Shown here piece by piece: positions 25,059 through 33,430 of a stretch of 36,755 nucleotides of DNA (its first letter is position 1; each line of letters begins with the position of its first letter). The position numbers and the translations under genes were made by a program. Below the pieces are notes generated by a model, which did no database searches, was not told the DNA's origin, and saw only the letters and a list, made by a program, of their open reading frames with translations. The stretch comes from Candidatus Eiseniibacteriota bacterium. Its GTDB lineage: Bacteria; Eisenbacteria; RBG-16-71-46; JABDJR01; JAWXBZ01. Location of the stretch: contig JAWXBZ010000252.1 of NCBI GenBank assembly GCA_034440375.1, positions 1 to 36,755 on the forward strand, in the 5' to 3' direction.

Positions 25059-26525
25059 CTACGGACGCCCCGTGGCGAATCGGTCAACACTGCGTGACAA
25101 TTGGATGGCACTTGCCACGGAAGTGTCCGATCCGCCCGCAATCCGCAGCGTGAACCAGAATGTTGAGCCCCGACCTGGCTCACTTTCGACGCCCAGCTCC
25201 CCCCCCTGCAAGTGGACCAGATGCTTGACGATAGCCAGTCCGAGACCGGTCCCTCCCTGTTCGCGGCTGCGACCGCGATCCACCCGAAAGAATCGTTCGA
25301 ACAGCCGCGGCAGATCCCCCGCCGGGATCCCGATGCCCGTGTCGACAACGGTGACACGGATCCGCCCGTCCTTCCGAACGGCCGACAGGGTGACCTGTCC
25401 CCCCGGGGGGGTGTACTTGATTGCGTTATCGAGAAGGTTGACCAGGATCTGTTCCAGGCTCCCGGCGTCTGCGATCACGAGCGGCAGACCATTCGGGACG
25501 TTGTTTTGCAAGGTCACGTTCTGATTGTCTGCGGCCCCCTCGAGGAGATCGAGCGCCCTCTGGGCCGCCGTTTCCATGGCGACGGGCTGCACCTGCAGCC
25601 TTGTCTCCGGCGATTCGAGACGCGAGAGCTCGAGGAGATCCTCGATGAGTGTGCTGAGTCGATCGGTATGCCGCGACACGGTATCGAGAAATCGGATCCG
25701 ATCCGCGGGTAGCACATCTCCCTCCCGAAGCGTTTCAACGTAGCCCTTGATGGCCGTCAGGGGCGTCCGGAGTTCGTGGGAGACGTTGGCTACAAAGTCC
25801 CGTCGCAAATTCTCAAGTTCGCGGAGGCGCGACACATCGTGGAAAACGGCGATGACGGATCGCCCCTCGTCGACGGACAAGGGGGCCATGGAGACACGAA
25901 AGGTCCGCCGGGGCGCGGGAGCCCCCCCGACGGATGCGTTCGCGTCAGGCTCGGCGCCGGCCGCACCGACCGACAGGTCGAGGACAGGGGCCGGTCCGCC
26001 GGCCAGGACACTCCGCACGGCCGCATCGAATTCGGTGCTGCGCAGGGCCTCGATGGCCGTACGGCCCGTAAGCTTGCCAATCGTCGGGAGGAGCCGGCGC
26101 ATCGTGGCATTGTCGAGCGACACGCGCCCGTCGGGGCCGATCACCAACACCCCCTCGATCATGGTCTCGAGGATCTGTCGGAGTTTCTGGGCCTCCCGTT
26201 CACGGGCGTCGTCGCGGGTTCGAAGCGACCCACCCATGTTTTCGAGCACGGCCGTGATCGAATCCACCTCGTCGCCGCCGCCATGCCGCGGCGGCAACCG
26301 ATCGACCCCTCCTTCGGCCCAGGGTCGAACTTGACCGGCCAGCTCGCGCAGGGACCTTGTCAGGCGGTCGGCCAGCCACCAGGTTCCGGCCAGGCCAAGC
26401 AGCAAGGCAAGGCCCAGGGCGATCGGCAACGGCAACACGAGCGTACCGAGTCCGGCCAGCCCGACGACAGCCATGAAAAGAACCAGAAATTGAGCCGTGA
26501 TGGCGTCGCGCAGCGATCCGCTCAC
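25059..26525 (-). CDS. phoR: Phosphate regulon sensor histidine kinase (HAMP, PAS, HisKA, HATPase)
   Basis: RRDFVANVSHELRTPLTAIKGYVETL, NLLDNAIKY, DTGIGI, FERFFRVD..RSR..GGTGLGLAIVKH; lies between phoB and pst. Confidence 0.92.
   Translation of the reverse strand: MSGSLRDAITAQFLVLFMAVVGLAGLGTLVLPLPIALGLALLLGLAGTWWLADRLTRSLRELAGQVRPWAEGGVDRLPPRHGGGDEVDSITAVLENMGGSLRTRDDAREREAQKLRQILETMIEGVLVIGPDGRVSLDNATMRRLLPTIGKLTGRTAIEALRSTEFDAAVRSVLAGGPAPVLDLSVGAAGAEPDANASVGGAPAPRRTFRVSMAPLSVDEGRSVIAVFHDVSRLRELENLRRDFVANVSHELRTPLTAIKGYVETLREGDVLPADRIRFLDTVSRHTDRLSTLIEDLLELSRLESPETRLQVQPVAMETAAQRALDLLEGAADNQNVTLQNNVPNGLPLVIADAGSLEQILVNLLDNAIKYTPPGGQVTLSAVRKDGRIRVTVVDTGIGIPAGDLPRLFERFFRVDRGRSREQGGTGLGLAIVKHLVHLQGGELGVESEPGRGSTFWFTLRIAGGSDTSVASAIQLSRSVDRFATGRP
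25072..25100 (-). promoter_or_regulatory. Candidate Pho-box array upstream of pstC, inside the phoR 3' end
   Basis: Minus strand TTGTCAC-gcag-TGTTGAC-cgat-TCGCCAC at 11-bp periodicity; only the first unit matches CTGTCAY well. Confidence 0.35.
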
Positions 26526-26567
26526 AGGCTCCTCGATGTCGAAGCCCTATCCGGGCGCCGGCCCGGG

Positions 26568-27248
26568 TCAGCCGCGAAAGCGATAACCCACGCCCCGAAC
26601 CGTTTCGACCTTGTCGCCGGTTTTTCCCAGCTTGGCCCGAAGGCGCTTGACGTGTGTGTCGATCGTGCGGTCGGTGACGAAGGCATCCGTCCCCCAAACG
26701 GAATCGAGCAGGGCATCGCGGCTCAGGGCACGCCCGGAATTCTCCATCAAATGGGCCAGCAGGCGAAACTCCGTGGCCGTCAGATCGACCGGTTTCTTGC
26801 CGATGGTCACCTCATGCCGATCGCGATCGAGGCGCAGATCGCCCGCGGCCAGCGGGGGGCGTATATCGTCGTCGCCACGACGACGCTTGAGCAGAGCGCG
26901 TACCCGCAGGACCAGCTCCCGCGGGCTGAACGGCTTGGCCACATAGTCGTCGGCGCCGAGTTCGAATCCGACGACTCGATCGATCTCTTCTCCCTTGGCC
27001 GTGAGAAAGATGACCGGCACGTTTTTCGTCCTCTCCTCGCCCTTCAGTATCCGGCAGACCTCCAATCCCCCGATGTCGGGGAGGAGGATGTCCAGGATAA
27101 TGAGATCGGGCGCGCGCTCACGCGCCCGCTCCAGGGCCTGCTCCCCGTTTCCGGCCGTTGTCACTTTGTAGCCGACATGGGTCAGGTGATAGGCGACCAG
27201 ATCAAGCAGATCCCTCTCGTCGTCCACGACCAGTATTCGTTCTGACAT
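26568..27248 (-). CDS. phoB: OmpR/PhoB-family response regulator of the phosphate regulon
   Basis: ILVVDDE, LDILLP, GADDYVAKPFSPREL, RTIDTHVKRLRAKL, TVRGVGY; operon context. Confidence 0.9.
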   Translation of the reverse strand: MSERILVVDDERDLLDLVAYHLTHVGYKVTTAGNGEQALERARERAPDLIILDILLPDIGGLEVCRILKGEERTKNVPVIFLTAKGEEIDRVVGFELGADDYVAKPFSPRELVLRVRALLKRRRGDDDIRPPLAAGDLRLDRDRHEVTIGKKPVDLTATEFRLLAHLMENSGRALSRDALLDSVWGTDAFVTDRTIDTHVKRLRAKLGKTGDKVETVRGVGYRFRG

Positions 27249-27313
27249 CGTTTTGCCCTCCCGTTCGTTGACGGGCGAAGCCTAAAGGGGGGATGTGGCA
27301 ATTCCTTGTCGGA

Positions 27314-27342
27314 AGAATGACGGAGACGGCTATTTTTGACAA
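27314..27342 (-). promoter_or_regulatory. Candidate phoB promoter
   Basis: Minus strand TTGTCA-17-CATTCT; the -35 hexamer also resembles a Pho-box half site. Confidence 0.4.
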
Positions 27343-27420
27343 TCGCCACAATTCTGTAAGACATGATGAATTGGCATCCTGGATGACGCTGAAATGGCTG
27401 GACTTCCCGCTTCAAATAAT

Positions 27421-27436
27421 CTAAACATATGATGAG
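27421..27436 (+). promoter_or_regulatory. Second copy of the dinB operator, directly before the helicase start
   Basis: CTAAACATATGATGAG matches CTAATCATAAGATTAG at 13/16 positions and contains a -10-like TATGAT 5 nt before ATG 27439. Confidence 0.7.
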
Positions 27437-27438
27437 CA

Positions 27439-29814
27439 ATGACGACCGAGCCGACTCTCCCCCTGCCCCTCAAGGGCCATGATTTCGACGCCTTCCTCGG
27501 CCGCATCGAGGCCGAACGTCACTATGCCGGTCAGATCGTGAACGTAACCCGGCTACCGGAGCGTCCAGCCCGCCATGCCGATCCCCGTGAACCGCTTTCG
27601 GTACCTCTCCGGAGCGCCCTGTCGGCCCGGGGAATCGATCGCCTCTATGCCCACCAGGCGGAAGCCATCAACCTGGCCCGGGAGGGAGAGCATGTGGTGG
27701 TGGTCACCGGAACCGCCAGCGGAAAGACACTGGCCTACAACCTCCCGGTCGTCGAGAGGTTGATGGCGGAGCCCGATTCCACCGCTCTCTATCTCTTCCC
27801 GACCAAGGCGCTGGCCCAGGACCAGCTCAAGGGCCTGACCCGCTTTCTGGAGACGGCTTCTGCCGCGCTGCCACCGGAGGACGATCTGATCACGTCGATC
27901 CGGCCGGGCGTTTACGACGGCGACACCTCCCAGTCGGCGCGTCGAAAGATTCGTGATACGAGCCGCCTTGTTCTCTCGAACCCGGACATGCTCCACCGGG
28001 CGCTGCTCCCCTATCACGGTCGCTGGGCTCGCTTTCTCTCGCAGCTCCGTTACGTCATCATCGATGAGATCCATTCCTACCGCGGCATCTTCGGTTCCAA
28101 CGTGGCCAATGTCATCCGTCGGCTGCGCCGGGTGGCCGCGCACCACGGTGCGGATCCGCAGTTTCTCTCCTCGTCGGCCACGATCAGAAACCCGGTCGAG
28201 CTGGCGGAGGCCCTGACTGGTGTCGGCACGCGTGCGGTCACCGACGACGGCTCTCCCCGCGGCCCGCGCTGGTTTGTCACCTGGAATCCGCCGCACCTCG
28301 ATGCGGCGCGCGTGGAGCGACGGAGCGGCAACGTCGAGGCGATGGAAATTCTCCTGCGACTGGTCCGCGAGGGGGTGGCGACCATCGTCTTCTGCAAGGC
28401 CCGCGTTGTAGCCGAACTCATATACAAATACGCCCACGACGAGTTGCGCCGAAAGGATGGTGCGCTGGCCGGTCGCCTGACTCCATATCGCAGCGGTTAC
28501 CTGCCAGGTGAGCGGCGAGCCATCGAGAAGCGCCTTTTCGATGGTGAGTTGCTCGGCGTGGTGTCGACCAACGCCCTCGAACTCGGGATCGACATCGGCA
28601 GTCTCGACGCCTCCATCGTGGTCGGCTTCCCGGGCACCTTTGCTTCGGTCTGGCAGCAGTCGGGACGGGCCGGGCGGGGCCACGACGGCAGCCTGACAAT
28701 CTTTGTGGCCTACGACGACCCCATCGACCAGTACCTGGCCCGGCATCCGGACTACTTTCTAGGGCAGGCACCGGAAGCCGCGGCCATCGATCCGGGCAAT
28801 CCGTACATCCTGGCCGGACATCTCGCCTGCGCCGCATTTGAACTGCCGCTCGGACCGGAAGACGAAGAAATCTTCGGCTGCATGATGGGCGGCGTGCGCG
28901 AGGCGCTGACCGCCGAAGACCGGCTGACCCACCTTGGCGGCCTTCACTACTGGGGTTCCACCGACTTTCCGGCCCAGCGAGTCAACCTCAGAACCATCTC
29001 GGACGACACGTACTCGATCGTCGATGCGACCAACGGGGACAAAGTGATCGGCATGGTGGACGCCATCAGCGCACCGGAACTGGTCTACCCGGAAGCCATC
29101 TACCTGCACGAGGGTGAAACCTGGTTCGTCAAGAAATTGGATATGGACCAAAAAGTGGCCTACGTCGAACCCGTCAGCGTCGACTACTACACGCAGCCGG
29201 TTCTCGATACCTCGCTGCGCGTCACCGAGCGCCGGATCGAACGCTGGAGCGGAGCGGAGCGCCTCACGCTGAACCGGGCCACCGTCACCTGGGCCACCAC
29301 CATGTTCAAGAAGATCCAGTTCGGGTCTACCGATTCGATCGGGTACAAGAACCTGGCCCTGCCGCCACAGCATCTCGACACAGTGGCCCTTGGCTGGAGT
29401 CCCTCCGAGGAAGTGCGGAATGCCGTGCGCGCGGACGGCAGAAAGCCGGCCGAGGGACTCTCCGGCATCCGTAATCTCATGATCACCGTGCTGCCGCTCT
29501 ACAGCATGTGCGATCGATCCGACATCGGCGGCGTGATCGACTCGTCCAACTTCGGGCACCCGACCCTCTTTCTGTACGACCGCTTCGCGGGGGGGGTTGG
29601 TTTTACGGAACGGGGTTACACCATCTGGGAAGAGATGGTGCTCGAAGCGCTTCGGCTCCTCGAAGATTGTCCCTGTCAGGACGGATGCCCCTCCTGCGTC
29701 GGCCTGCCGATCCTCCGTCCGGCGCAGCACCAGGATCCGGACGTGATGAACGGCTTTCCGATACCGGACAAGGGAGCTGCCCGGGTCATGCTGCGTGGCC
29801 TTATCACGCCGTGA
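27439..29814 (+). CDS. mrfA: DEAD/DEAH-box helicase with DUF1998 (MrfA/YprA/SftH, Hrq1-like)
   Basis: LYAHQAEA, TGTASGKT, FPTKALAQDQ, NPDMLH, DEIH, SSATI.NP, TNALELGIDIG, Q.SGRAGR, and C…CPCQDGCPSC metal site. Confidence 0.93.
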   Translation: MTTEPTLPLPLKGHDFDAFLGRIEAERHYAGQIVNVTRLPERPARHADPREPLSVPLRSALSARGIDRLYAHQAEAINLAREGEHVVVVTGTASGKTLAYNLPVVERLMAEPDSTALYLFPTKALAQDQLKGLTRFLETASAALPPEDDLITSIRPGVYDGDTSQSARRKIRDTSRLVLSNPDMLHRALLPYHGRWARFLSQLRYVIIDEIHSYRGIFGSNVANVIRRLRRVAAHHGADPQFLSSSATIRNPVELAEALTGVGTRAVTDDGSPRGPRWFVTWNPPHLDAARVERRSGNVEAMEILLRLVREGVATIVFCKARVVAELIYKYAHDELRRKDGALAGRLTPYRSGYLPGERRAIEKRLFDGELLGVVSTNALELGIDIGSLDASIVVGFPGTFASVWQQSGRAGRGHDGSLTIFVAYDDPIDQYLARHPDYFLGQAPEAAAIDPGNPYILAGHLACAAFELPLGPEDEEIFGCMMGGVREALTAEDRLTHLGGLHYWGSTDFPAQRVNLRTISDDTYSIVDATNGDKVIGMVDAISAPELVYPEAIYLHEGETWFVKKLDMDQKVAYVEPVSVDYYTQPVLDTSLRVTERRIERWSGAERLTLNRATVTWATTMFKKIQFGSTDSIGYKNLALPPQHLDTVALGWSPSEEVRNAVRADGRKPAEGLSGIRNLMITVLPLYSMCDRSDIGGVIDSSNFGHPTLFLYDRFAGGVGFTERGYTIWEEMVLEALRLLEDCPCQDGCPSCVGLPILRPAQHQDPDVMNGFPIPDKGAARVMLRGLITP

Positions 29815-30680
29815 GCACCAATCTCAATGAGCGGCTCGGCCGCCTGGCGAGGGGTCCAAGAACCCCCGCGCCGCCCCCCGAAGTGGGAACGATCCGAAAC
29901 TCCCGGCGACGAAAGGCGCCGCCGGGCCTGGAAACGGTGCTTCCCGGTGAGGAAATTCGAACCGCTCGCGGAGTCTGCTGGCTTCATGAGCGCCCACTCG
30001 AGCGGTGGCCCGGCATCGAGGATGGGTTGGCCGGCAGGCTGGCCCAGGTGTTGGCGTCGCCGGCACCGGACGATCTCGAGCGGGACTGCGGTTGGGCCGG
30101 TTGGAGAAGCCGGGGGGTCGATTCAGGGCTGTTCCTGGATCTGGAAACAACCGGGTTGGCCGCCACACCGGTCTTCCTGTGCGGCCTCCTGTCCTGCTCC
30201 GGGGGGGAAATGACCTTTCGGCTCCTCCTGGCGCGGGACTATTCGGAGGAGGCCGCCCTGCTCGAAGCCATTTCAGGCGAAATCACCCGACGGCCAGTCG
30301 TGGTCAGTTTCAACGGCAAATCGTATGACATCCCCTTCCTGAAGGAGCGCACGGGGCGCCTGCGAACCGCATCATGCCGTCCCGACGCCCATTTCGACCT
30401 GCTCCACCCCGCCCGCCGACGCTGGTCGGACCGGCTCCCGGATTGCCGCTTGAAGACCCTCGAATGGGCCATTCTGGGGCGCCGGCGAGGTGGTGACATC
30501 GATGGTGCCGAGATTCCAGCCATCTACCATCGGTTCGTCCGGGACCGGGACCCCCGCCCCCTGTTAAGAGTGATGGCGCACAATCTCCACGATCTGTACA
30601 CTCTGGCTGAGTTGACCGTGCGGACTGCCCAGACCCGGGTGGCCCCGTTGGGTACCCCCGGAGAAAAGCCAAACATTTGA
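29811..30680 (+). CDS. mrfB: RNase H-like (RNase_H_2, YprB/MrfB-type) exonuclease
   Basis: Start moved to GTG 29811 (GTGA overlap with the helicase stop). FLDLETTG, SFNGKSYDIPFL, HFDLLH, RLKTLE..ILG, HNLHDL. No C-terminal TPR region. Confidence 0.88.
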   Translation: MSTNLNERLGRLARGPRTPAPPPEVGTIRNSRRRKAPPGLETVLPGEEIRTARGVCWLHERPLERWPGIEDGLAGRLAQVLASPAPDDLERDCGWAGWRSRGVDSGLFLDLETTGLAATPVFLCGLLSCSGGEMTFRLLLARDYSEEAALLEAISGEITRRPVVVSFNGKSYDIPFLKERTGRLRTASCRPDAHFDLLHPARRRWSDRLPDCRLKTLEWAILGRRRGGDIDGAEIPAIYHRFVRDRDPRPLLRVMAHNLHDLYTLAELTVRTAQTRVAPLGTPGEKPNI

Positions 30681-30805
30681 CTGGCTTGGACTGGCGGAGT
30701 GACGATATCGGTCTTATCCTGATAAAGGGTTCGTTCCCAGCACGGGCCTGAGTGTGCCTACCCTGTTTTTCGTTTCAGTACTGGCAGACCGCGAAGGAGG
30801 AATTC

Positions 30806-31501
30806 ATGAAGCTTGCGCACATCACCGCTGGTTTGCTCGCCCTCGGGGCGATCGGGTTCGTGGCCGGACCAACCTCGGCCGCCGTCAACCCAAACAAGCC
30901 AAAGATCCTGTTGCACGTCAAGATGGTCACCACGAAGGCTCCATGTAGCCTCCCCATTACACTCGGCGACAATTGTGCCAACACAGTCCCAAAAGGGGAT
31001 CTCTATCCTCTCATGTCCTACCACATGCAACTGATCGTCGACCGTGGGGACAGTATTTCAATGGATGACGGCTTCGCCGGCGTTCAGTTCGGCATTCAGT
31101 ATCCGGAGGGCGCCGGGGGGATCGGTGTCTTCGGCTGGACGCTCTGCGCGACACTGGAGTTCGTCTCGCCCACTCCTGTCTGGCCGGCGTCGGGAGGCGG
31201 TAACCTGATTACCTGGAATGCCGTAACGTCGTGCCAGCGCACCCGCCTCGGATGTGCGGGCTTTTTTTACATGGGTGCCTATGGCCCCTCGACGTTTCGC
31301 GTGACCAACCGCCCTGTGGACAACATCGCAAAGGTAGCTGACTGCGGTTCCGTTGAAACCATCGTCCCGGAGGGTGCGCTGGGTTTCGCCGCCTTCTCCT
31401 CCGGCGCCGTCACCGAGGGGTGCAACCCCTGCCTGGTCGATTGCGCCCCGGTGGCCGTAGCGCCGACAACATGGTCGAAGGTGAAGAACCTCCTGAATTG
31501 A
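30806..31501 (+). CDS. Secreted Cys-rich hypothetical protein, paralog 1 (ends CNPCLVDC…PTTWSKVKNLLN)
   Basis: RBS AAGGAGG before ATG 30806; signal peptide; aligns by eye with the next two genes. Confidence 0.88.
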   Translation: MKLAHITAGLLALGAIGFVAGPTSAAVNPNKPKILLHVKMVTTKAPCSLPITLGDNCANTVPKGDLYPLMSYHMQLIVDRGDSISMDDGFAGVQFGIQYPEGAGGIGVFGWTLCATLEFVSPTPVWPASGGGNLITWNAVTSCQRTRLGCAGFFYMGAYGPSTFRVTNRPVDNIAKVADCGSVETIVPEGALGFAAFSSGAVTEGCNPCLVDCAPVAVAPTTWSKVKNLLN

Positions 31502-31772
31502 GGAATTCAACCACCTTCTTCACTGGCAGGGACGTTTGTGTCGGAATGAGTGAGTTTTGGCCGCACCAGGCATGGTCAGTCAGGGTTGCCGCGGAGTAAT
31601 TGTCACCGGTGGAGTGGATCCAGACGAACGCTAAACATTCGCATCGAAAAGATGCTTACCGGATATGACATTCTTCGGTCTGACCTAGCCGAAAAACCCC
31701 CGATGGTGTATTTATATATCGGGACGATGACAATCGAAATCCTGCCAACAGCGTACGAGTGAAGGAGGAGTG

Positions 31773-32507
31773 ATGAAATTAGTTAAGATCGCCGTGGGAG
31801 TTCTGGCGCTGGGCGCGCTGGTTCTGACCCCGGTTAATTCCGAAGCCCAGATCAGCATGAAGCCAAAGATCCTGCTTCACATCAAGGCCATCACAACTAA
31901 GCTCCCGTGCGCGGTCCCTGCCACGTTGGGTGGCCTTTGCGCAAACGCGGACAACACGGGCGACTTGGGCCAAGGCTATCACATGCAGGTCATCGTCGAC
32001 CTGGGCGACAGCGTCGCAGGGGAGATTGCGATCGACCCGCTGAACGGACTGGCCGGTGTCCAGTTCGGCGTCACCTATCCCGGACAGTACAATGAGACGG
32101 GTACCGGTTCCATGATCAACGTCTTCGCCTGGACCCTGTGCGCCACTCTGGAATTCAAATCACCACCCCCGACCGAATGGCCCGGCCCCGGAAGCGGCAA
32201 CCTGATCACCTGGGACGCCGTCAACCTGTGTCAGAGGGGCCGCCTCTCGACCGCCGGCTTCTTCTACTTGACCGCCTACTCGGCAGGCACGTTTCAACTC
32301 ATCCCCCGCCCGGTCGACGGGATCGCCAAATTTGCGGATTGTGGCTCCTTCGAAACGAACCTGACCCCGGGGGAACTCGGTTCAGCCCAATTCTCCGCGG
32401 GTGGCGGGGGCATGGCGTTTGCCTGCAATCCCTGTATGGTGAACTGCAGTGGAGTCCCCGTCCGTCCTACTACCTGGAGCGCGATAAAGGCTCTGACCGG
32501 TCACTAG
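31773..32507 (+). CDS. Secreted Cys-rich hypothetical protein, paralog 2 (ends CNPCMVNC…PTTWSAIKALTGH)
   Basis: RBS AAGGAGG; signal peptide; shares KPKILLH, AGVQFG, WTLCATLEF, GNLITW, AGFFY, RPVD.IAK.ADCGS with paralog 1. Confidence 0.9.
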   Translation: MKLVKIAVGVLALGALVLTPVNSEAQISMKPKILLHIKAITTKLPCAVPATLGGLCANADNTGDLGQGYHMQVIVDLGDSVAGEIAIDPLNGLAGVQFGVTYPGQYNETGTGSMINVFAWTLCATLEFKSPPPTEWPGPGSGNLITWDAVNLCQRGRLSTAGFFYLTAYSAGTFQLIPRPVDGIAKFADCGSFETNLTPGELGSAQFSAGGGGMAFACNPCMVNCSGVPVRPTTWSAIKALTGH

Positions 32508-32559
32508 GAGCCGACCTTCGTCGACTATTGGTCACCAGATCCGATTCGTCTTCGACAGC

Positions 32560-32615
32560 AACCCCGAGGTCCGGCCCGCGAGAATTCGGCGGCTCAGACC
32601 TCGGGGTTTCGCTTT
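32560..32615 (+). terminator. Probable terminator hairpin
   Basis: AACCCCGAGGTC / GACCTCGGGGTT 12-bp stem followed by TCGCTTT. Confidence 0.7.
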
Positions 32616-32623
32616 GTCATGGG

Positions 32624-32652
32624 TTGACGTGACGTCTGCTGGACAGTAGCGT
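32624..32652 (+). promoter_or_regulatory. sigma70-type promoter for paralog 3 and the PLP enzyme
   Basis: TTGACG, 17-bp spacer, TAGCGT. Confidence 0.5.
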
Positions 32653-32704
32653 TTTCGAGTCACGCCGCTCATGTTGTCCATATTGCCGCGGGGGTCTTCA
32701 TTTC

Positions 32705-33430
32705 ATGCCGAAACGAGTCCACGCAGGCGGCGGCTGCCCCCGGCGCATGAATCAACATCAAAAGCACTTGCCCAATTGGAACAGCTTTCTGCTTGCCGTT
32801 TTGACTCTGACCAGTCTGGCGGGGGGTGCCTTTGCCGCAGAACCGAAGTTGGTTCTCCATGCCAGTCGGGCGAGCCTGTCGGAGCCTTGCCAGTCGGGAA
32901 TTGCCCGATGTCAGGAAGCCCTTGTGAGCGGAAGCCTCTATTCACCGAGCGGTGCCGGCACCTATTTCGTTTACCTGATGGCCAGCCAGTTCGATCCGGC
33001 TGAAGGCATTCGTTCGATTCAGGCCGGAATCGACTATGACGCCGTCACGCTGTCCGGTGTTGATATCTTCTCCTGGAACCTTTGCGCCGATTCCCAGGAG
33101 CCAGGGCCCGGCTGGTATCAGGTACCGAAGTCTGTCAATCGCCTCATCTGGAATGTCGAACAGTGCCCATCCGACACGTTGGTGGTCGGGGGCTATTTTT
33201 ACATGACCTGCTACACCCCCTCCTTCCTGACCATCAGTCCGTTCGGGAGTGATTCGGCTGCCATACAGACCTGTATCGGCAACACGGTGACGCTGCCGCC
33301 GACGGCTCTCGGGTACGTGGCATTCGGATCCATACCGGGCTGCAACCCTTGCCTCGCACCCTGTAATACGGTTTCCATACGGCCGACCAGCTGGAGCGCC
33401 CTCAAGAGCCTGGTCGGACAAGGACCATGA
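32705..33430 (+). CDS. Secreted Cys-rich hypothetical protein, divergent paralog 3 (ends CNPCLAPC…PTSWSALKSLVGQGP)
   Basis: Signal peptide ending AFA; EPKLVLH, IQAGIDY, WNLCAD, GGYFY. Start is 32705 or 32747. Confidence 0.85.
   Translation: MPKRVHAGGGCPRRMNQHQKHLPNWNSFLLAVLTLTSLAGGAFAAEPKLVLHASRASLSEPCQSGIARCQEALVSGSLYSPSGAGTYFVYLMASQFDPAEGIRSIQAGIDYDAVTLSGVDIFSWNLCADSQEPGPGWYQVPKSVNRLIWNVEQCPSDTLVVGGYFYMTCYTPSFLTISPFGSDSAAIQTCIGNTVTLPPTALGYVAFGSIPGCNPCLAPCNTVSIRPTSWSALKSLVGQGP

Noticed and set aside
29508-29810. Upstream part of ORF 29508..30680
   Set aside because: It overlaps the helicase C-terminus by 300 nt; the GTGA overlap at 29811 gives a normal coupled start.
30713-30726. Palindrome CTTATC-ct-GATAAG upstream of paralog 1
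   Set aside because: Short single occurrence, not seen upstream of the other two paralogs; cannot be distinguished from chance.
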